Virus record (IMG/VR): IMGVR_UViG_3300048090_000069
Coordinates: 1 to 25,651 of that record
Direction: 5' to 3' (one strand)
Origin: a virus
Taxonomy: Duplodnaviria > Heunggongvirae > Uroviricota > Caudoviricetes
Length of the DNA: 25,651 nucleotides
The notes under the pieces are model-generated. The model saw only the letters and a list, made by a program, of their open reading frames with translations. It was not told the DNA's origin and did not search any database. This document shows positions 22,784 through 25,651 of the stretch, in pieces; position 1 is the first letter of the stretch, and each line of letters begins with the position of its first letter. The translations under genes were made by a program, and so were the position numbers.

Positions 22784-23110
22784 ATGACTATAAAAAGATA
22801 CAGAGGTGACACAGGGGCGGATCGAGTATTGATTTCTGTAAATGGTGAAGTTGCTGACCTCACTGGCTCTACTGTTGTAATGACACTAAGTACACAAAAT
22901 AATCCTATTGACAGTTCAACGCAAGTTTATCAATTAACAGGCACTTGGGATGACCCCACAAGTGGTATTGTAGAATTTTCCCCATCAACTATACAGGCTG
23001 ATAATGTAGGATATTTCTATTATGATATCCAATTGACAAATCAAGCCGGTGTTGTTTTCACAGTGGATAAAGGCTCTTATCAATTTATTCAAGATATTAC
23101 CAAAAATTGA
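22784..23110 (+). CDS. BppU-N-like Ig-fold protein (accessory module gene 5)
   Basis: RGDT...DLTGSTVVMT...GIVEF...GYFYYDIQLT. Confidence 0.6.
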   Translation: MTIKRYRGDTGADRVLISVNGEVADLTGSTVVMTLSTQNNPIDSSTQVYQLTGTWDDPTSGIVEFSPSTIQADNVGYFYYDIQLTNQAGVVFTVDKGSYQFIQDITKN

Positions 23111-23135
23111 CAAAAAACAACTTTGATTGTATAAT
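23107..23135 (+). promoter_or_regulatory. sigma70 promoter of the tail operon (perfect consensus)
   Basis: TTGACA-17 bp-TATAAT with extended TG; -35 contains the upstream TGA stop. Confidence 0.9.
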
Positions 23136-23146
23136 TGCGAGGATAT

Positions 23147-23587
23147 ATGGGACTAGCTGATGATATTTTTAAGTTTGATGCTAAAGCGAAAAAAGCAATC
23201 TCTGATGACATAATCAACAAATGTATTGCATTCTTTAGTGTTGCTGTTGACTACTCCCCACTTCAAGATAGTGCGCTCTACCCCGGAGCTTATGCCACAG
23301 GTTTGTTTGCTAATAGCTGGTATGTAGCAGTCAATGAGTTTGATTCTACAGTGGGGACAATTCCTGATGAGAAAGCCTCTATGAGTAGGGGTAGAATCGA
23401 ATTACTCCGTCATTCCAAGGCTTTCTTCGGCAAAGATGAATTCATATCTTTAACAAACAATATTCCGTATGCTGACCGTGTGGAATATCTTGGATGGCCT
23501 GAAGAAGATGGTTACTCCGGATTTATTGGCCCATATGCTCCTCTTAGAAATGCAGTTGTAAAAGTTAAAGGGATATTCAAACAATGA
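23147..23587 (+). CDS. tail completion/neck protein (HK97 gp10-like)
   Basis: SP...GLFANSW...LTNNIPYADRVEYLGW; start revised to ATG 23147 (GAGGA). Confidence 0.75.
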   Translation: MGLADDIFKFDAKAKKAISDDIINKCIAFFSVAVDYSPLQDSALYPGAYATGLFANSWYVAVNEFDSTVGTIPDEKASMSRGRIELLRHSKAFFGKDEFISLTNNIPYADRVEYLGWPEEDGYSGFIGPYAPLRNAVVKVKGIFKQ

Positions 23588-23976
23588 CAATTAGAACAGA
23601 ATTAGAATCTCCTTTAGCAACATATGCTACTGCTAATAATATCCCTGTTGCGTGGGAGGGGAAAGCATTCACAAAACCTACTTCAGGAGACTATTTAAGA
23701 ATATTCTTCTTGAACAAAGTAATTTCTAACCCGGATGTGGAATTTGTAAGAAAAAGAACAATCGGGATGGTGCAAATTGACGTATGTGCTCCTGACGGTC
23801 AAGGGAGTAAACACGTTGAGGAGTTAGCTGAAGCAATTGCTTCTCTGTACCCTTCTTATAATAAACAAGCATTCCCTACTGTGAGTATTGAAAGTCATCC
23901 TCAAATTGGTAAGGCAATGATTGATAGTGGTTTCAGAGTGATTCCAATTACGATTGAATATCGTCAAGAATCCTGA
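23584..23976 (+). CDS. tail terminator protein
   Basis: IPVAWEGKAF.KP...YLRI...GMVQIDV.AP.GQG...PITIEYR. Confidence 0.75.
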   Translation: MTIRTELESPLATYATANNIPVAWEGKAFTKPTSGDYLRIFFLNKVISNPDVEFVRKRTIGMVQIDVCAPDGQGSKHVEELAEAIASLYPSYNKQAFPTVSIESHPQIGKAMIDSGFRVIPITIEYRQES

Positions 23977-24038
23977 AAATTTGTGCTTAAATTTAGCACT
24001 AAAATACATTGCAATGTAATTTTAAAAGGAAATAATAA

Positions 24039-24377
24039 ATGGCAACCCTTGTAGCGACAACTTTAACAGGTTCTAATGGCCCTGTTACAGCAACTCGTAA
24101 CGTCCTATCGGCATCTGATGTGCTGCCGGTGTCCTCTGGCATTCTGGAACTGTATAACACCACAGGCTCTCCAGTCGTTGTAACAATCGATGGCTCTACA
24201 GCCACTACTATTGCCCCTGCGGGTTTTGGTGGCACTGTAGATATTTCGGCTGGTAAAGCTATTACTGTCCCTGCTACAGGCACTGTGATTCTGAATCTAG
24301 CAACTATCTCTGCATTCCTATCTGGCACTATTGCAGTGACAGGTGGAACGGGCGTTACTGCTCATCTGTATGTTTAA
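24039..24377 (+). CDS. virion structural protein
   Basis: AAAGGA RBS; Thr/Val/Gly-rich, high-expression codons; next to the tube gene. Confidence 0.65.
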   Translation: MATLVATTLTGSNGPVTATRNVLSASDVLPVSSGILELYNTTGSPVVVTIDGSTATTIAPAGFGGTVDISAGKAITVPATGTVILNLATISAFLSGTIAVTGGTGVTAHLYV

Positions 24378-24395
24378 TTTTGTAAAGGAATAATA

Positions 24396-24851
24396 ATGCC
24401 CGTAGCAACCTCTTTGGCGATTACTAGCGCCACTACTTCTTTCTACATTGGCGCAACCAAACCAACTACTTATGATGGTGCTGGTTTTGCTGCTGTTACT
24501 TGGACGAAAGTAGGTGAAATTTCTAACTTCGGTACTTTAGGTGGTCAGACTAACATCGTTACCCACATTCCAGTTGATACTTCGGCTGTTGTGAAACGTA
24601 CTGGCTCCGTGGATTATGGCACAATGGATTTGCAAGGTGCTCGTACTACTGATGCTGGCTTAACTGCTTTGCGTTCGTTCTTCACTTCCCGCGCCTCCAC
24701 TGCATTTAAAGTTGTCTATCCAACCGCTTTAGGTCAGGTGGATTACTTCACTGGTGTGGTAGCATCGAATCAAACTAACGTGGCAAATGCTGACTCCATC
24801 TTAGGTTTTAGCGTTCAAGTGGCAATTGACAACGAAATCCTGTCTGTATAA
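24396..24851 (+). CDS. major tail tube protein (siphovirus type)
   Basis: WTKVGEISNFGTLGG...VVKRTGSVDYGTMDLQ...DYFTGVV; no sheath gene in the module. Confidence 0.88.
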   Translation: MPVATSLAITSATTSFYIGATKPTTYDGAGFAAVTWTKVGEISNFGTLGGQTNIVTHIPVDTSAVVKRTGSVDYGTMDLQGARTTDAGLTALRSFFTSRASTAFKVVYPTALGQVDYFTGVVASNQTNVANADSILGFSVQVAIDNEILSV

Positions 24852-24858
24852 TTGTAAT

Positions 24859-24887
24859 TTGACTTGATTGTCTGTTTGTGATATACT
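24859..24887 (+). promoter_or_regulatory. sigma70 promoter after the tube gene
   Basis: TTGACT-17 bp-TATACT with extended TG. Confidence 0.75.
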
Positions 24888-24896
24888 CTGGACATC

Positions 24897-24925
24897 AAGA
24901 GAGGTTCCGGCCTCTCTTTTTGTTT
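24897..24925 (+). terminator. intrinsic terminator after the tube gene
   Basis: AAGAGAGG-TTCCGG-CCTCTCTT followed by TTTGTTT. Confidence 0.8.
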
Positions 24926-25069
24926 AGGGGAACTGTCCTAGAAATAGGACTCCCTTTTAAACGTATTCCAATCCTCCGAGTATTTTTAACAGGGAGCTTT
25001 CGGCAGAAAGCAAACTACCTACATGTGCAAATATAGCACAACAACAAAACAAAGTAAAGGAAACACACA

Positions 25070-25459
25070 ATGGCATTTAACCCAAAAGCTAAATCGTATG
25101 CTGAAATCGCAACTCTAAATCTGGTTGACCCAGAGACAGGGGCGGAACTGGAAGACAGCGGCAAGCCTGTTACTATTTCTATCTATGGTGCTTCTAGTGC
25201 TCAACATCGTAAGGCAGTAGACGTGCTAATGGCTAAAGCAAAGAAGCGTGGCAATCGTGAAGCATCCTTACAAGAGCGCAAAGATGAATCGATTGAATTC
25301 CTCGCAGCTATCTCTTCTAGCTCGGAAAATCTGGAATATGATGGCCCTGTAGAATCTAAAGAACAATTCAAAGCTATGTATAGCGATGATACCGTATCTT
25401 GGATTCGTGAGCAAGTGAGTGACTTTGCGAGCATTCAAACAAATTTCTTCAAGAAGTAA
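25070..25459 (+). CDS. tail assembly chaperone (gpG-like)
   Basis: LNLVDPETG...ISIYGASS...WIREQV; follows the tube gene; AAAGGA RBS. Confidence 0.85.
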   Translation: MAFNPKAKSYAEIATLNLVDPETGAELEDSGKPVTISIYGASSAQHRKAVDVLMAKAKKRGNREASLQERKDESIEFLAAISSSSENLEYDGPVESKEQFKAMYSDDTVSWIREQVSDFASIQTNFFKK

Positions 25460-25651
25460 GAGATAATTTAATTCTTTACGCACGCCAATTGGGATGGTAT
25501 TCATCTGTTCCAAAAGGAAAGAACCAATCAAGATTAGAAGAGTTACAAGCTAACTCAGAAGGCCAAGCTGACGCTGAATTACCAGAATTCGATTCTGCGT
25601 TCAGTCCGATGCTTGGCTTTTTCTTTGATATGGGTCAAGCAATGTCTACAG
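25441..25651 (+). CDS. -1 frameshift extension of the chaperone (gpGT-like), truncated by window end
   Basis: slippery heptamer A AAT TTC (25441-25447); -1 frame open to the window end: KFLQEVRDNLILYARQLGWYSSVP... Confidence 0.85.

Noticed and set aside
1-25651. Stop-codon reassignment
   Set aside because: Standard code gives full-length conserved proteins; TAA, TGA and TAG all end genes; no suppressor tRNA is present.

Overview
Part of a tailed dsDNA phage genome with siphovirus-type tail genes. The host cannot be determined, but the promoters are sigma70-type. Layout: (i) 36-2028, a + strand cluster of small early-type hypothetical genes ending in a terminator; (ii) about 2095-2800, a non-coding convergence zone with repeated TAAACG-NN-CGTTTA palindromes and DnaA-box matches; (iii) 2851-10858, a minus-strand block with a serine recombinase, an HNH endonuclease, an RNA-repair operon (RNA ligase, polynucleotide kinase, metallophosphoesterase, HD hydrolase), a ClpP-like protease and PhoH; (iv) 10983-12960, a probable small terminase, five tRNAs with an HNH gene wedged between two tRNA-Leu, and several structured non-coding segments; (v) 12968-25651, the morphogenesis module (TerL, portal, S49 protease, scaffold, decoration, capsid, neck, a five-gene accessory lectin/fibre insert, tail completion, terminator, tube, and a chaperone with a canonical -1 frameshift). 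The strongest unusual signal is that three of the five tRNAs (Leu-UAG, Leu-UAA, Thr-UGU) carry an exact compensatory inversion of the near-universal G19-C56 elbow pair to C19-G56. All calls come from manual reading; no database searches or folding programs were run.
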